Positions 49,552-59,508 of a stretch of DNA of 64,000 bases are shown piece by piece. The stretch comes from an uncultured Verrucomicrobiae bacterium (GTDB taxonomy: Bacteria > Verrucomicrobiota > Verrucomicrobiia > Chthoniobacterales > JAFAMB01), in NCBI GenBank assembly GCA_963837955.1, contig CAWIPH010000002.1, forward strand, positions 480,001-544,000, given 5' to 3'. A program made the translations under genes and the position numbers. The notes beneath the pieces are model-generated. The model was not told where the DNA came from and did no database searches. It saw only the letters and a list, made by a program, of their open reading frames with translations. Positions within the stretch are counted from its first letter, which is position 1, and every line of letters starts with the position of its first letter.

Positions 49552-50337
49552 TTACAACCCACCGACTATCTTCACCAGCTCGTTCCAACCATCGAATGCC
49601 GTTTTGGCGAGCAGGATGCACACGATTACAACGAAGAAACGGCGAACGTAAGCATTCCCTTTCCAGAGCGCGTAACGCGCCCCCACTATTCCCCCTGCGG
49701 CATTCGCGATCGCCATGGGGATTGCGATCGGCCACAATATATTTCCGGTAAAACCGAATAAGAGGATCGCACCCAGATTGGTACTCACATTGACCAGCTT
49801 AGCGGCGGCAGAAGCGTGCAGAAAATCAAACCGGAATATCCGGATGAAAAGAAAGATCAAAAACGTTCCGGTACCTGGTCCGATAAATCCGTCATAAAAC
49901 CCGATCGCCGCGCCGATCAGGCATCCCTTGAAAATTGCTCCTGGGCCAAGAGACGCAGCCCCGGACAACTCACCCAGCCTCTTATGTTTGAGCGTGTAGA
50001 TCAAAAGTCCCAGCAAAAGTACCGGCAACGCTAACTTGAAAAGCTCCGGTGAAATGAAACGGGTGACTTGGGCTCCCACGAGTGAACCGATGCCGGCGAT
50101 CAAACACGTCGGGATCATGAAACGAAAAGGCAGGGTGACTCGCCGGCAGAATGCGATGCTGGCGTTTATTGTTCCGGTGATCGCCGCGAGCTTGTTCGTA
50201 CCCAATAATTGCGGGGGCGATTGTGCGGGCAGAAAGGCAAACAAAGCAGGTAACTGCACCAATCCGCCACCTCCAACGGTCGCATCCACGAAACCCGCGA
50301 AGAACGCGCTGATGGTTAAGAGAAGAAGATTGAACAC
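49552..50337 (-). CDS. TauE/SafE (TSUP) family transporter
   Basis: AGFVDATVGGGGL, GTNK, GFYDGFIGPGTG, AKLVN. Confidence 0.92.
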   Translation of the reverse strand: MFNLLLLTISAFFAGFVDATVGGGGLVQLPALFAFLPAQSPPQLLGTNKLAAITGTINASIAFCRRVTLPFRFMIPTCLIAGIGSLVGAQVTRFISPELFKLALPVLLLGLLIYTLKHKRLGELSGAASLGPGAIFKGCLIGAAIGFYDGFIGPGTGTFLIFLFIRIFRFDFLHASAAAKLVNVSTNLGAILLFGFTGNILWPIAIPMAIANAAGGIVGARYALWKGNAYVRRFFVVIVCILLAKTAFDGWNELVKIVGGL

Positions 50338-50474
50338 AGCAATGGGGAGCTAAATGGATCTAGAATCTAGAAGCTAAAAGGCAGGAGCGAGGATTTAGTA
50401 TCCAGGATTCAGGAGGCCAATTTTGGGGCGAGTTGCAATTCGAGCACGGAGCGAAATCCCCGCCCACTCCGGGA

Positions 50475-50777
50475 TCAAGCGACCTCAACGAAGATATCAT
50501 CCCCCTGGAGAACAACGGAGTAGGTTTGTACCGGTTCTATTGCTGGTGGCGTAAGCGCTTCGCCGGTTCGCAAATCGAAACACGCGCCATGCAAGGGACA
50601 CTCCACTGTTTCACCTTCAACCCGACCTTCTGATAGCGAAGCTTCCGCATGGGTACAGATATCGCTGATAGCGAAAAAAATTCCTCCCACGTTGAACACA
50701 GCGATAGGTGGATCTTCGATCCGCTTCACTTCGCCAGGGGTGAGCTCCGACTTACTGCAAACTCGTCGCAAGGACAT
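50475..50777 (-). CDS. Rieske-type ferredoxin
   Basis: CTH...CPLHG..FDLRTG. Confidence 0.93.
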   Translation of the reverse strand: MSLRRVCSKSELTPGEVKRIEDPPIAVFNVGGIFFAISDICTHAEASLSEGRVEGETVECPLHGACFDLRTGEALTPPAIEPVQTYSVVLQGDDIFVEVA

Positions 50778-50860
50778 GGGAAGAGGATACAGGGACTAGG
50801 AGCCAGGATCTAGTAGCCGCGTCCAAGCAGATGAGCAGGATGCAGCGATCACGAAGACGA

Positions 50861-51095
50861 CTTCTAAATTCTAGTTTCGGCGTTTCTCACGCCGAAGGCG
50901 TAAGAGGACTCAGCCCAGGGTGGAGGCTTGGCGGAACCCTGGGTAAAGCAAAAAGCGGTCCGCTCTGAAAGAGCGTTAGGAATTGTCCAGCCGCTGGGGA
51001 AACGGACAACAGGTTGACACAGGTGTAAGCAAAGAAGATTTTCAGGCCTTCATTTGCTATCTGCTATTTGCTATTTGTTATTCGCTTCGACCGGT
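50861..51095. repeat. Composite dispersed repeat, copy C (empty nested site)
   Basis: CTTCTAAATTCTAG..TCACGCCG|AAGGCGTAAGAGGACTCAGCCCAGGGTGGAGGC...; TGCTATT heptamers plus ATTCGCTTCGACCG. Confidence 0.85.
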
Positions 51096-52598
51096 CATTC
51101 GCTTCGTCCTCTCACCAAACGGGTTTGATCGTCCTTTTCCCAGCCGTTTTTCTGTCCAGCGGGCTAGCCGTACGAACGGAAGACCAAGCAGCAGATACAA
51201 GAACGCCACCAATAGGCCGGTGCCGAAATAGTCGAAGGTTTCGGTGGCAAGGCGGTGGTATGCGCCGGTCAGTTCCAGCATCGTCAGCGCCGAGACGAGC
51301 GAAGAATCCTTAAGCAACGCTATGAAATCGTTGGTCAGCGGCGGCAGGACGAAGCGGATGGCCTGCGGCACAATCACCAGGCGGAGCGTTTTTGTCTGCG
51401 TCAAGCCGAGGGCAAGGGCCGCTTGCCATTGGCCTGCCGGCACCGCGAGCAGGCCGGCACGGTAGTTTTCGGCTTCCGACGCTGCGTAGTTCAGACCGAG
51501 CCCAAGTACACTGGCCACGAATGGCGACAAACGAACTCCGATGTTCGGCAGGCCGTAAAAGATGAACAGGAGCTGAATCAAAAGGGGAGTACCGCGCACC
51601 ACTTCGATATAGGCCGTGGCGAACCACCGGACCGGCGATGGCCCGAAGACGCGACCAACGGCCAGCACAAAACCGACGACGATAGCAACCGCCATCGCGA
51701 CAACCGACACGGTCAAAGTCAGTACCGCCGCCCGGCGCAACAGCCGGCCGGCACCCGCGTAACTTTCTAAGTGGGACCAGAAGCTGGTATGCGGGGCGTG
51801 GGCGGCTACGAAGGCTTGATATTCGCTGTCGGGCGCTGACGGTTCGACGGGCTGACCGAAAGATTGGGCGACGGCGCTTGTCCAAAGACCCCACCGTGAA
51901 AGGATACTTCGAAGTTCCCCGCTAGCGATGAGGTCGCGTAGCGCGGTATCGATCTCCTGTTGCAGCGCTGCGTTGTCCTTGTCCACCGCGATACCGTAAG
52001 CGACTTTGCCAAAAGGCGGACCGCACAGCTCTAGTCCAGGGTTGGGCGCCGCATAGTATTTGGCGATGGGATAATCGAGCAGGACACCGTAAAGGCGACC
52101 ATTGACGACATCTTGGTAGGCGCTTACCTCCTGATCATAGGTTTTTGTCCTAACCCCCGGCGTTTCTTCGAGCATCCGCAGGGCCGCAGTTTGGTCGAGG
52201 GTACCAATGTCTCGGCCGCGGAGTTGCTCCAGAGAAGTGAGCGTCGTGCCGCGCCGCCCGACGAATTGTTCGAACGTGAAGTAATAGGGGACGCTAAAGT
52301 TCACCTCGCCTGCTTTTTCGGCCGTGATCTCTATCCCGCAGATCACGCAATCGTAGAGACCCCGATGCAGGCCCGGGATTAGCCCGTTCCAGTCATTCTG
52401 CACAAACTCGGCGTGTCGTCCCAGACGGCGAGCAACGGCGTTGATGATCTCGTACTCGAATCCTCCCAACGGCTTGCCTGGCGCATAAAACGTGTAAGGG
52501 GCGTTACTGTTCGGGTCTGCCGCCCAGCGTAGTACGGGTTGGGCGTACACGCAGGTAGAACCCAGAACGAGGCAAAGGAAGAGTGCGGCGGGCCGCAT
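51078..52598 (-). CDS. Polar amino acid ABC transporter, fused substrate-binding domain and permease
   Basis: SBP family 3 domain (APY, GFEYEI, FSVPYY) plus permease motifs (RGTPLLIQL, GQWQAALALG, LKDSSL); start MRPAAL at 52598. Confidence 0.92.
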   Translation of the reverse strand: MRPAALFLCLVLGSTCVYAQPVLRWAADPNSNAPYTFYAPGKPLGGFEYEIINAVARRLGRHAEFVQNDWNGLIPGLHRGLYDCVICGIEITAEKAGEVNFSVPYYFTFEQFVGRRGTTLTSLEQLRGRDIGTLDQTAALRMLEETPGVRTKTYDQEVSAYQDVVNGRLYGVLLDYPIAKYYAAPNPGLELCGPPFGKVAYGIAVDKDNAALQQEIDTALRDLIASGELRSILSRWGLWTSAVAQSFGQPVEPSAPDSEYQAFVAAHAPHTSFWSHLESYAGAGRLLRRAAVLTLTVSVVAMAVAIVVGFVLAVGRVFGPSPVRWFATAYIEVVRGTPLLIQLLFIFYGLPNIGVRLSPFVASVLGLGLNYAASEAENYRAGLLAVPAGQWQAALALGLTQTKTLRLVIVPQAIRFVLPPLTNDFIALLKDSSLVSALTMLELTGAYHRLATETFDYFGTGLLVAFLYLLLGLPFVRLARWTEKRLGKGRSNPFGERTKRMTGRSE

Positions 52599-52926
52599 TA
52601 CAACGGACTTTCTAACAGGCCACGCGTCCCTTCGTCCATATGCTTGTGCGCGTGGCACGGGGCCTTGCTTGCGACGCCTTGAAGTAACCCAAGACAGCGA
52701 AACAGTCTGGCCCTCTCCTGGATCCTACTGCTGGATCCCCCGCCTTCCTATACCTTGTCTCCTCGCTTTTGGCTGTTCGCAGCGTTTCCGAACAGATACA
52801 GCTTTGGGTTGGCCGTACTCGCAATCAGGCGAGCGTGCCTGGCCCCAATCGCACTGTTATATGGGAATTCATTTCTGGCCGGTTACCGCGGTTCAGCCCA
52901 AAGACGCCGGCCCTACCCAGTCAGAG

Positions 52927-53838
52927 ATGGCTACGGTCGGGGCCTACACTCTAACCGTTCTTTGTTGGTTGCTATCGGCTGGTGTCTACATCGCCGCAAA
53001 AGCGGTAGCGACCGAGATGCCTCCTTGGACCCTCTGTTTCTGGCGGGTCGTCATTGCTGGACTCATTCTGCTCCCGACCGCGAGACCTCATTGGAGTGCG
53101 ATCGTTTCCGTCGTTCGTCAGAGATGGCTGGCGCTATTGGTGATCGGTGGAATCGGGTTAGCGATCACCCAAGGCTTGATGTATACGGGGCTGAACTACA
53201 CCAGTGCCATCAATGCCGGCCTCATCCTTGCGCTGATGCCGGTCATCACGATGATCCTCGCTCGCTTTCTGTTGAATGAGGTCGTTGGACCCTGGCAAGT
53301 CGTTGGTTCCATTGTCGCCTGTATTGGAATGGCGATCATCGTCGTTCGAGGAGATCTGTCCGCACTGCTCCGTCTCGACCTGAACGCGGGTGAGCTTTTC
53401 GTTGTCGCCGCTGCGCTACTTTTTGCTCTCTACACAGTGCTGTTGCGGAAGGCGAATTTCCAACTCGCGCGTCTGCCGCTCCTGGTCGTACTGCTTGGAG
53501 GCGGAGCAGTCGCTGCGCTTCCCTTCTATATCTGGGAGCTCGCGCACGACGAGCGGACCAGTCTCAACGCGAAGGGCATACTAGCTCTGGCTTACGTAGC
53601 CGGCCCTGGTGGCGCTCTCATGTACTACTTGTTCAATCGGAGTGTGCAAACCCTGGGCGCGTCACGTGCTGGCGTTTTCCTCTACTTACAAACGATCTTT
53701 GTCGCGGTGCTCGCCTATTTCTTTCTCGGTGAACGCTTGCTTCCCTATCATCTGATCGGAGCGGGTTTCATTCTTGTTGGCGTCCTCCTCGTAATGCTGC
53801 TTAAGCCGCATCGCAGGAGTGCGGAGCCGGCGAGCTAA
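52927..53838 (+). CDS. DMT/EamA family transporter
   Basis: About 10 TM; GLNYTSAINAGLI..P, LGASRAG, GE; start MATVG at 52927. Confidence 0.9.
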   Translation: MATVGAYTLTVLCWLLSAGVYIAAKAVATEMPPWTLCFWRVVIAGLILLPTARPHWSAIVSVVRQRWLALLVIGGIGLAITQGLMYTGLNYTSAINAGLILALMPVITMILARFLLNEVVGPWQVVGSIVACIGMAIIVVRGDLSALLRLDLNAGELFVVAAALLFALYTVLLRKANFQLARLPLLVVLLGGGAVAALPFYIWELAHDERTSLNAKGILALAYVAGPGGALMYYLFNRSVQTLGASRAGVFLYLQTIFVAVLAYFFLGERLLPYHLIGAGFILVGVLLVMLLKPHRRSAEPAS

Positions 53839-54069
53839 TCATCGGTGATTGGTGAGCCGCCAAGCCCTCCTAGATCCTAGCTCTTTCCTCCTTCCACTTG
53901 CGCCGTCGAAATTAATCCGGTCCCCGCTTGCTATTTACTCGATCCGCCTCGACCGTTAGCCTTCGATTGTTCTAGTTGATTGCGCGGTGGATCGTCAGAT
54001 GGGGCCTCCTCAGTGGTGATTTGAAACCCGGTGTTCGGGAACGGCTCTGTGACTGGCTTCGTAATGTTT

Positions 54070-54351
54070 ATGAAATTGTACGTTGGTAATCTTTCTTTCT
54101 CTACCGCCGAAAGCGATCTGCGCGAGCTGTTCTCGCCGCACGGTACCGTCACGGATGTTCACGTGGTGACCGATCGCATGAGTGGTAATTCTCGCGGGTT
54201 CGCTTTTGTCACTATGGGGAATCGCAACGAAGGCCAGGCGGCCATCAGCGCGTTGGAAGGTCATTCGGTCGATGGCCGTAATTTGACAGTCAATGAGGCG
54301 CGTCCGAAGACGGAGCAGCGTCCAGACCGCTCCTTTGACCGCCGCCGCTAA
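54070..54351 (+). CDS. RRM-domain RNA-binding protein
   Basis: KLYVGNL (RNP2), RGFAFVTM (RNP1), GRNLTVNEARP. Confidence 0.95.
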   Translation: MKLYVGNLSFSTAESDLRELFSPHGTVTDVHVVTDRMSGNSRGFAFVTMGNRNEGQAAISALEGHSVDGRNLTVNEARPKTEQRPDRSFDRRR

Positions 54352-54362
54352 GGCGTTCGTTT

Positions 54363-54385
54363 AGCCGCGGAACCCCGCGGCTTTT
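54363..54385 (+). terminator. Rho-independent terminator
   Basis: AGCCGCGG-AACC-CCGCGGCT followed by TTT. Confidence 0.7.
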
Positions 54386-54526
54386 GAAAAGGGGAGGGCA
54401 TTATCGCCCGTCCCCTTTGACGATTCTTCGTCCGTTGTCTCGCGGTTTCTCGTCATTTGTCATCGTCTCCCGATGCCGGTGTCTGGATCTTTTGTAAATG
54501 CCTGTTGAACAGCTATATTTCCTCTC

Positions 54527-54805
54527 GTGAAGAGGAATTCTCGGGGTCCCGCCAGCAGCGATGCGCATCAATTTTGGGGAACTGTAGTTGGTGTCGACAA
54601 TAAAACTGACCAGGAGCGGACCTTTACCGTTTACACGCATAAAGGCAGTTTTTTGATCGTAAATGACAAAGGACACGAGCGTCTCGCCGGTCCCGATATA
54701 GGCCTGAGCAAACACGATATTTTTCGAGAAGTCATGGCCCAGTTCCAAGTTCACGCGCTACGGCTTAGCCCAGTTCTCGACGCCAAGCGCCCGATCGAAA
54801 GCTGA
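54527..54805 (+). CDS. Hypothetical protein (strand uncertain)
   Basis: 92-aa ORF with plausible composition; an antisense ORF at 54401-54754 competes with it. Confidence 0.35.
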   Translation: MKRNSRGPASSDAHQFWGTVVGVDNKTDQERTFTVYTHKGSFLIVNDKGHERLAGPDIGLSKHDIFREVMAQFQVHALRLSPVLDAKRPIES

Positions 54806-54890
54806 GATTTGACCCAATTCCGATAGCGGACCGCCTTTTGGATCCTAAATCCTAGCTCCTCCCTTCTGGCAGTTGTCTCGTCGGTCATTT

Positions 54891-55040
54891 TCACGCCGAC
54901 TTGTCCGACGAAGCCTCATCCGATGTTCGAACCTGACTTATGTGGGCGAAGTCGGAAGGCGTAACAGGACTCAGCCCAGGGTGGAGGCTTTGCGTAACCC
55001 TGGGACCGTCCACGAAAAGGGGAACGCTCTGAAGGAGCGC
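54891..55040. repeat. Composite dispersed repeat, copy D (filled nested site)
   Basis: TCACGCCG[57 bp]AAGGCGTAACAGGACTCAGCCCAGGGTGGAGGCTTTGCGTAACCCTGGG...CGCTCTGAAGGAGCG. Confidence 0.85.
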
Positions 55041-55593
55041 AAGAGGGGCCGAGCATTATTTCACAAAAGATCGCGTCCGGCCGGTGGACGTCTGCCTTCG
55101 GCCAGCGCTACGATGCGTCGATAAAACTCTCAGCCCGAGAATCTGCCGCAGTCGTTTCCGGTTCGGCCGGACCCACAGAACGGCCCGGTTTGCAGCAGGT
55201 CGTTGGCCGTGGGATCTCGATTCGGAACTTTGCCCGGATCAAGTTCCAGGAACGCGGGACGTGCCGCGACCAGGCACAGGTAAACTTATCCCCTAGATTT
55301 GACCAACTGCAGCCAATCGCCCTTAAAACCAACCCCTGACTCTTGAATAGGGCGGTCCGGTAAATCTCCAATTGCGGCACGGAGTGATCCGAGAACGAGA
55401 CGACGCAAACTCCAATGAAAACAGAAAGAGAAACGCAAGTGAGGGCCTTTCGTAGCATCGGCGTCTAGAGTTGGACCACTAACCCAGACAAATAGCAGAT
55501 GGTCGGCGTTGGGTCAAAGCATTGGTTTGTGCTTAAATGCAGCCGTCCCATCCCTGGATTCGCACCGAATGCCCTTGCGTGTTTCAATGCCAT

Positions 55594-56139
55594 ATGGCTT
55601 CGGCCGACGCTTCCCAAGAGAGTCATCTCATCGAGATTCTTTGTACATTACAGGATCGCCGGGTTGATTTTGTCGTTGCCGGAGGAGTCGCCGTGGTGCT
55701 GCATGGTGTCGAGAGGATGACCCTCGATCTTGACGTCGCGGTCTCTCTCGATCCGGAGAATCTGAGACGCTTTTTGTCAGCTCTCGATCAGTTGCATTTG
55801 GTTCCCCGTGCACCCATCCCGGCCACTAGTATCCTGGACGCGGCCCGAGTGGAAGAGTTGATTCGGGAAAAAAACGCCCTCGTCTTCACGTTCTGGAATC
55901 CGCAAGAACCCTATAAGCAGATCGACATGTTCTTGACCCGGGAGAATAGCTTTGACGATCTGGTCGCGGATGCTCATGCTTTGATCATCCGAGGTAGAAC
56001 CATTCGAGTTGCTTCGCGACGCAAGTTAATCGAAATGAAAAGCCGAGTTCGCCCTATCCGGGAGAAGGATTTGAGCGACATAAAAGCCCTGACAAAAATC
56101 GATGAGGACAAACCGGCATCCGCCCCAAGCAGAGAGTAG
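55594..56139 (+). CDS. Nucleotidyltransferase family protein
   Basis: FVVAGGVAVVLHG..RMTLDLD, IDMF, LIEMK...REKDLSDI. Confidence 0.8.
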   Translation: MASADASQESHLIEILCTLQDRRVDFVVAGGVAVVLHGVERMTLDLDVAVSLDPENLRRFLSALDQLHLVPRAPIPATSILDAARVEELIREKNALVFTFWNPQEPYKQIDMFLTRENSFDDLVADAHALIIRGRTIRVASRRKLIEMKSRVRPIREKDLSDIKALTKIDEDKPASAPSRE

Positions 56140-56311
56140 TCGATTTGGAATCAATTCGGCCGTCTGGACGGAGCTGCGACCGGAAGACTTCGATGGTCAC
56201 ACCGAATTTGTGAGTATGGACGCAGAGCAGCGCTTGGCTTGGCTTTCTGAGATCGCCAGATTTGTGCACGACGTTCGCCAATGGCGCGGCTCCTCCACTC
56301 CCCAAAATTGA
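56102..56311 (+). CDS. Small hypothetical protein
   Basis: 69 aa overlapping the end of the NTase gene; M.AEQRLAWL motif. Confidence 0.55.
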   Translation: MRTNRHPPQAESSRFGINSAVWTELRPEDFDGHTEFVSMDAEQRLAWLSEIARFVHDVRQWRGSSTPQN

Positions 56312-56339
56312 GCGCTATTTCGCGCCCTTTGGTTGATCT

Positions 56340-58202
56340 ATGGTTTGCCCGAAATGCCAGTTCGAATCGGGTGAGCAATTTTGTCCGAACTGCGGATTAG
56401 ATCTGGGGATTCACGCCCAGGTCGAAAACCTCCACAAGGAAGTTGCCGAGCTCCGCCAGCTCCTGACAACTCCTCGGTCAAGCTCGGCCCCGACTCCGGC
56501 CGCCTTGAAGGTAGCGAGCACCGGACCAATTCCGCCGCCGCTCCCGCCGCCATCCCCAACTCAACCGCCCGGAGATCGGCGGATCCCTGCTAGTCCCGCG
56601 CAGGAGAACAAAGCCCGTCCTCCAGAGCGTTCCGCAGAAGTGGCCTTAGGTCAGCGCTGGTTCTTAGGTATCGGGGTCTTCGTGCTGCTTTTGGCCATCG
56701 GCTTTTTCCTCAAGTATGCGTTTGACGAACAATGGATCCGTCCCGCGGTGCAAGTCACGTTCGGACTCGTGGTTGGGATCCTCTTATTGGGTGGAGGCGA
56801 GATCTGCCGCCGCCGGCATTGGACCGGACTCGATATTGGCTTTGCCGCCCTCGGACTAGGTACGCTTTATCTCAGTGTTTATGCTGCCAATCAGATCTAT
56901 CGCTTGTTGCCGGATGGGCTGACCATATTTATCGCCTTCCTCATCAGTGCGGTTGGATTGCTCATTTCCTATTTATGGAATTCCCGAGTCTTGGCCGGGT
57001 TGAGCTTTCTGGGTGGCTACTTATCGCCGTTGCTGTTCCATTCCGACGAATTGGGGAACTGGGTGTTTTTCGGGTACCTGTCGGCCCTGAATATCGCCAC
57101 TACGATTTTGGCGTATGTGAAGCGCTGGTCCTCGCTCTCCTGGTTTGGAGCGATATTGAGCTGGATCGCGTTCCAAGCCTGGTCATCAGCTCATGCGACT
57201 CCGGACCAATTGGTATACGCGTTTTGGTTCACGCAGTTGTCGTTCTTTCTCTACTCGATTTTTCCGTTTCTCCGGCTTCGCTCCGCTCTCGCCGGTTGGC
57301 GACTGGCCGGTATCGCCGTCGCTCTGATAAATGGCTGGCTCTGTGTCTGGAAGTCCGCCGAACTGCTGCAATACGAAAAATTCCCGGTTTCCCTGGTTAC
57401 CCTGGCCTACGCAGTGGCAGCCTTATCTCTTGCTTTGATATTCTGGCGCCGCAGTTCTTACGGACCGGCCGTTACCTGGCTGATTAGTCAGGGATTGATC
57501 TTCTTGCTCCTGACCTGGACCGTGATCCTTTCCGATAAGTGGACGGCCGTTTTTTGGGCGGCGCAGACCATAGCCACCTACTGGATTGCGGCCAAAGCCA
57601 AGGATCGAGTGCTGTTGCATGGTACGATTATTCTCGGGGCCGTTGTCGCCTTTCGATTTCTCGTTTCCGAAACAGTGGACCTTTTTGGCCTTTCCGCGGC
57701 CAGCGGTGGAGTTACCAATGGGCTTGTCTCGCGCTGGCTAATAGGCCTGTTGGTGACCTTATGCCTATTTGCCGTCTCCCGGCTAGCGGCTCGTGGCCTC
57801 GTTAACGGAGTCCACCCCAGCGTGGCTCGTTGGTTTGAAGCTACCGGCTTGATCAGCCTTTTCGGCTTCCTGAACGCCGAACTCGAACACGCCACTTGGG
57901 AATGGTATTTCCCAGTTTCTCTGGCCGCATTCTCGATCCTCTGGACTCTCTTCGCTGCTTCCTTGCTGATAGCCGGCTTCTTGTGGAAACGAATGTTCTA
58001 TCGCCTGTGCGCGATCGTTCTTCTTTTGCTCACCGTAGCTAAAGTGCTCGTCTTCGATACGGCGGAAGTAAAAGCTCCGTACCGGATATTGTCCTGCGCG
58101 GTCCTCGGAATCATCCTGGTAGCATTGTCTGCGCTTTACTACCGGTTCTCCGCCCGCCTGCTATCCAGTCCCTCGGCCGACTCCTCGACCATCAGAAAAT
58201 AG
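56340..58202 (+). CDS. DUF2339-like polytopic membrane protein with an N-terminal zinc ribbon
   Basis: CPKC..CPNC, Pro-rich linker, LGQRW..IG..FFLKYAF, C-terminal KVLVFD...RILS. Confidence 0.85.
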   Translation: MVCPKCQFESGEQFCPNCGLDLGIHAQVENLHKEVAELRQLLTTPRSSSAPTPAALKVASTGPIPPPLPPPSPTQPPGDRRIPASPAQENKARPPERSAEVALGQRWFLGIGVFVLLLAIGFFLKYAFDEQWIRPAVQVTFGLVVGILLLGGGEICRRRHWTGLDIGFAALGLGTLYLSVYAANQIYRLLPDGLTIFIAFLISAVGLLISYLWNSRVLAGLSFLGGYLSPLLFHSDELGNWVFFGYLSALNIATTILAYVKRWSSLSWFGAILSWIAFQAWSSAHATPDQLVYAFWFTQLSFFLYSIFPFLRLRSALAGWRLAGIAVALINGWLCVWKSAELLQYEKFPVSLVTLAYAVAALSLALIFWRRSSYGPAVTWLISQGLIFLLLTWTVILSDKWTAVFWAAQTIATYWIAAKAKDRVLLHGTIILGAVVAFRFLVSETVDLFGLSAASGGVTNGLVSRWLIGLLVTLCLFAVSRLAARGLVNGVHPSVARWFEATGLISLFGFLNAELEHATWEWYFPVSLAAFSILWTLFAASLLIAGFLWKRMFYRLCAIVLLLLTVAKVLVFDTAEVKAPYRILSCAVLGIILVALSALYYRFSARLLSSPSADSSTIRK

Positions 58203-58206
58203 GTGA

Positions 58207-59151
58207 TCACCCGCCCGCGGCTCGGATCACCGGTAACGCTTCCTCCAGGTCGGCTACGTTTTCGATTGAGACTACTTCAATCCCTTTTCGGATCCGCGAA
58301 ACCAGACCGGCTAGGACCGACCCGGGACCAAGTTCTAAAAAAAGATCGCAGCCAATCTGATCGAGCAGGTACCCGATACTTTCGGCCCAACGAACCGAAC
58401 CGGTGACCTGATTACTCAACGTCGCTCGGATCTCCGCCGGATCATCTACCGGCAAGGCTGTGACGTTCGCCACCACGCTCAAATGCGGGCGCCGAATATC
58501 AGCCGCGGCTAGCTCTGTTTGGAGCCGTTGTTTGGCGCTTTCCATGAGGCGCGAATGGAAAGCGCCGGCCACGGTAAGCGGTACCGCCCGGCGGACTCCC
58601 TTTTCCTTCGCGATCGCGATCGCGTTTTGGACTTTCCAAGACTCGCCTGCCAAAACAATTTGTCCGGGTGCGTTCAAGTTTGCCACGTCGATATCGGCTT
58701 CCGTCGCGATTTGCCGGACTAGCGATTCTTCACCCCCCACAAATGCCGCCATCGAGCCATTCGTCTCGTTGCACGCCTCTTCCATGAAGCGGCTCCGCTG
58801 CGCGACCAGTTTCAACCCGGTCGCAAAATCGAAGGTGCCGGCGGCCGCATGCGCCGTGAACTCGCCAAGCGAAAGACCAGCAGCAGCAACGGCGGGGATT
58901 GGACCGATTTCTTCCTCAATCGCTCTTTGTAAAGCCAGACCGTGAACATAAAGCGCGACCTGGCAATTCGCCGTCTTGGTCAGTTCCTCCATCGGACCGT
59001 CAAAAGCGAGCTGGCTCAGCGATCTCCCCAGGAGCGCGTCGGCCTCCCCAAAGAGGTTGGCCGCAACCGCGTAACGGCCAGCCAGATCCTTTCCCATTCC
59101 GACCTTCTGGGCACCTTGTCCTGAAAAGAGTAGCGCGATCTTTCTCGGCAT
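58207..59151 (-). CDS. fabD: Malonyl-CoA:ACP transacylase
   Basis: LFSGQGAQKVGMG, GLSLGEF, AGAFHS, QVTGSVRW, ELGPG; start MPRK at 59151. Confidence 0.95.
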   Translation of the reverse strand: MPRKIALLFSGQGAQKVGMGKDLAGRYAVAANLFGEADALLGRSLSQLAFDGPMEELTKTANCQVALYVHGLALQRAIEEEIGPIPAVAAAGLSLGEFTAHAAAGTFDFATGLKLVAQRSRFMEEACNETNGSMAAFVGGEESLVRQIATEADIDVANLNAPGQIVLAGESWKVQNAIAIAKEKGVRRAVPLTVAGAFHSRLMESAKQRLQTELAAADIRRPHLSVVANVTALPVDDPAEIRATLSNQVTGSVRWAESIGYLLDQIGCDLFLELGPGSVLAGLVSRIRKGIEVVSIENVADLEEALPVIRAAGG

Positions 59152-59508
59152 GAGCCGACGATGAAGGATGAAGCAGCGCCCGTCAATTATCCCTCGGTTG
59201 TTCTGCTTCGTAACAGCGACGCTTGCAAAACCTGTCCCGTAATTCGCTGACCCTCGTCGCGCGACAGGCGCGAGATGATTTGCCAATCCAACCGGCGTGG
59301 CATTGTTGGCGTTGCTCCATCCGGAGGGTTTGGCTGAGCGGCTGAATTCACTGATCTTGAAAGGCTCGAAAATCCCGGAGCGCGCGACCTCGTTTCCCGC
59401 AGAGTTCTCTCACCAAATGCACGCTCGTTTAAGACCCGCCCGTCAGAAGTCAGTGCGATGACCATTCACCGGGCGGGACAGTCGCTCAATTTCTTAAGCT
59501 GGCTTCAA

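Noticed and set aside
50475..50777. Rieske ferredoxin as the NOS electron donor
   Set aside because: It lies 40 kb away and nothing in the sequence links the two
55108..55458. 116-aa minus-strand ORF with a hydrophobic start
   Set aside because: Composition turns non-protein-like after about 30 residues; at most a gene remnant
59200..59500. Riboswitch upstream of fabD
   Set aside because: Only one CCCGCCCG/CGGGCGGG stem; no recognisable aptamer motif
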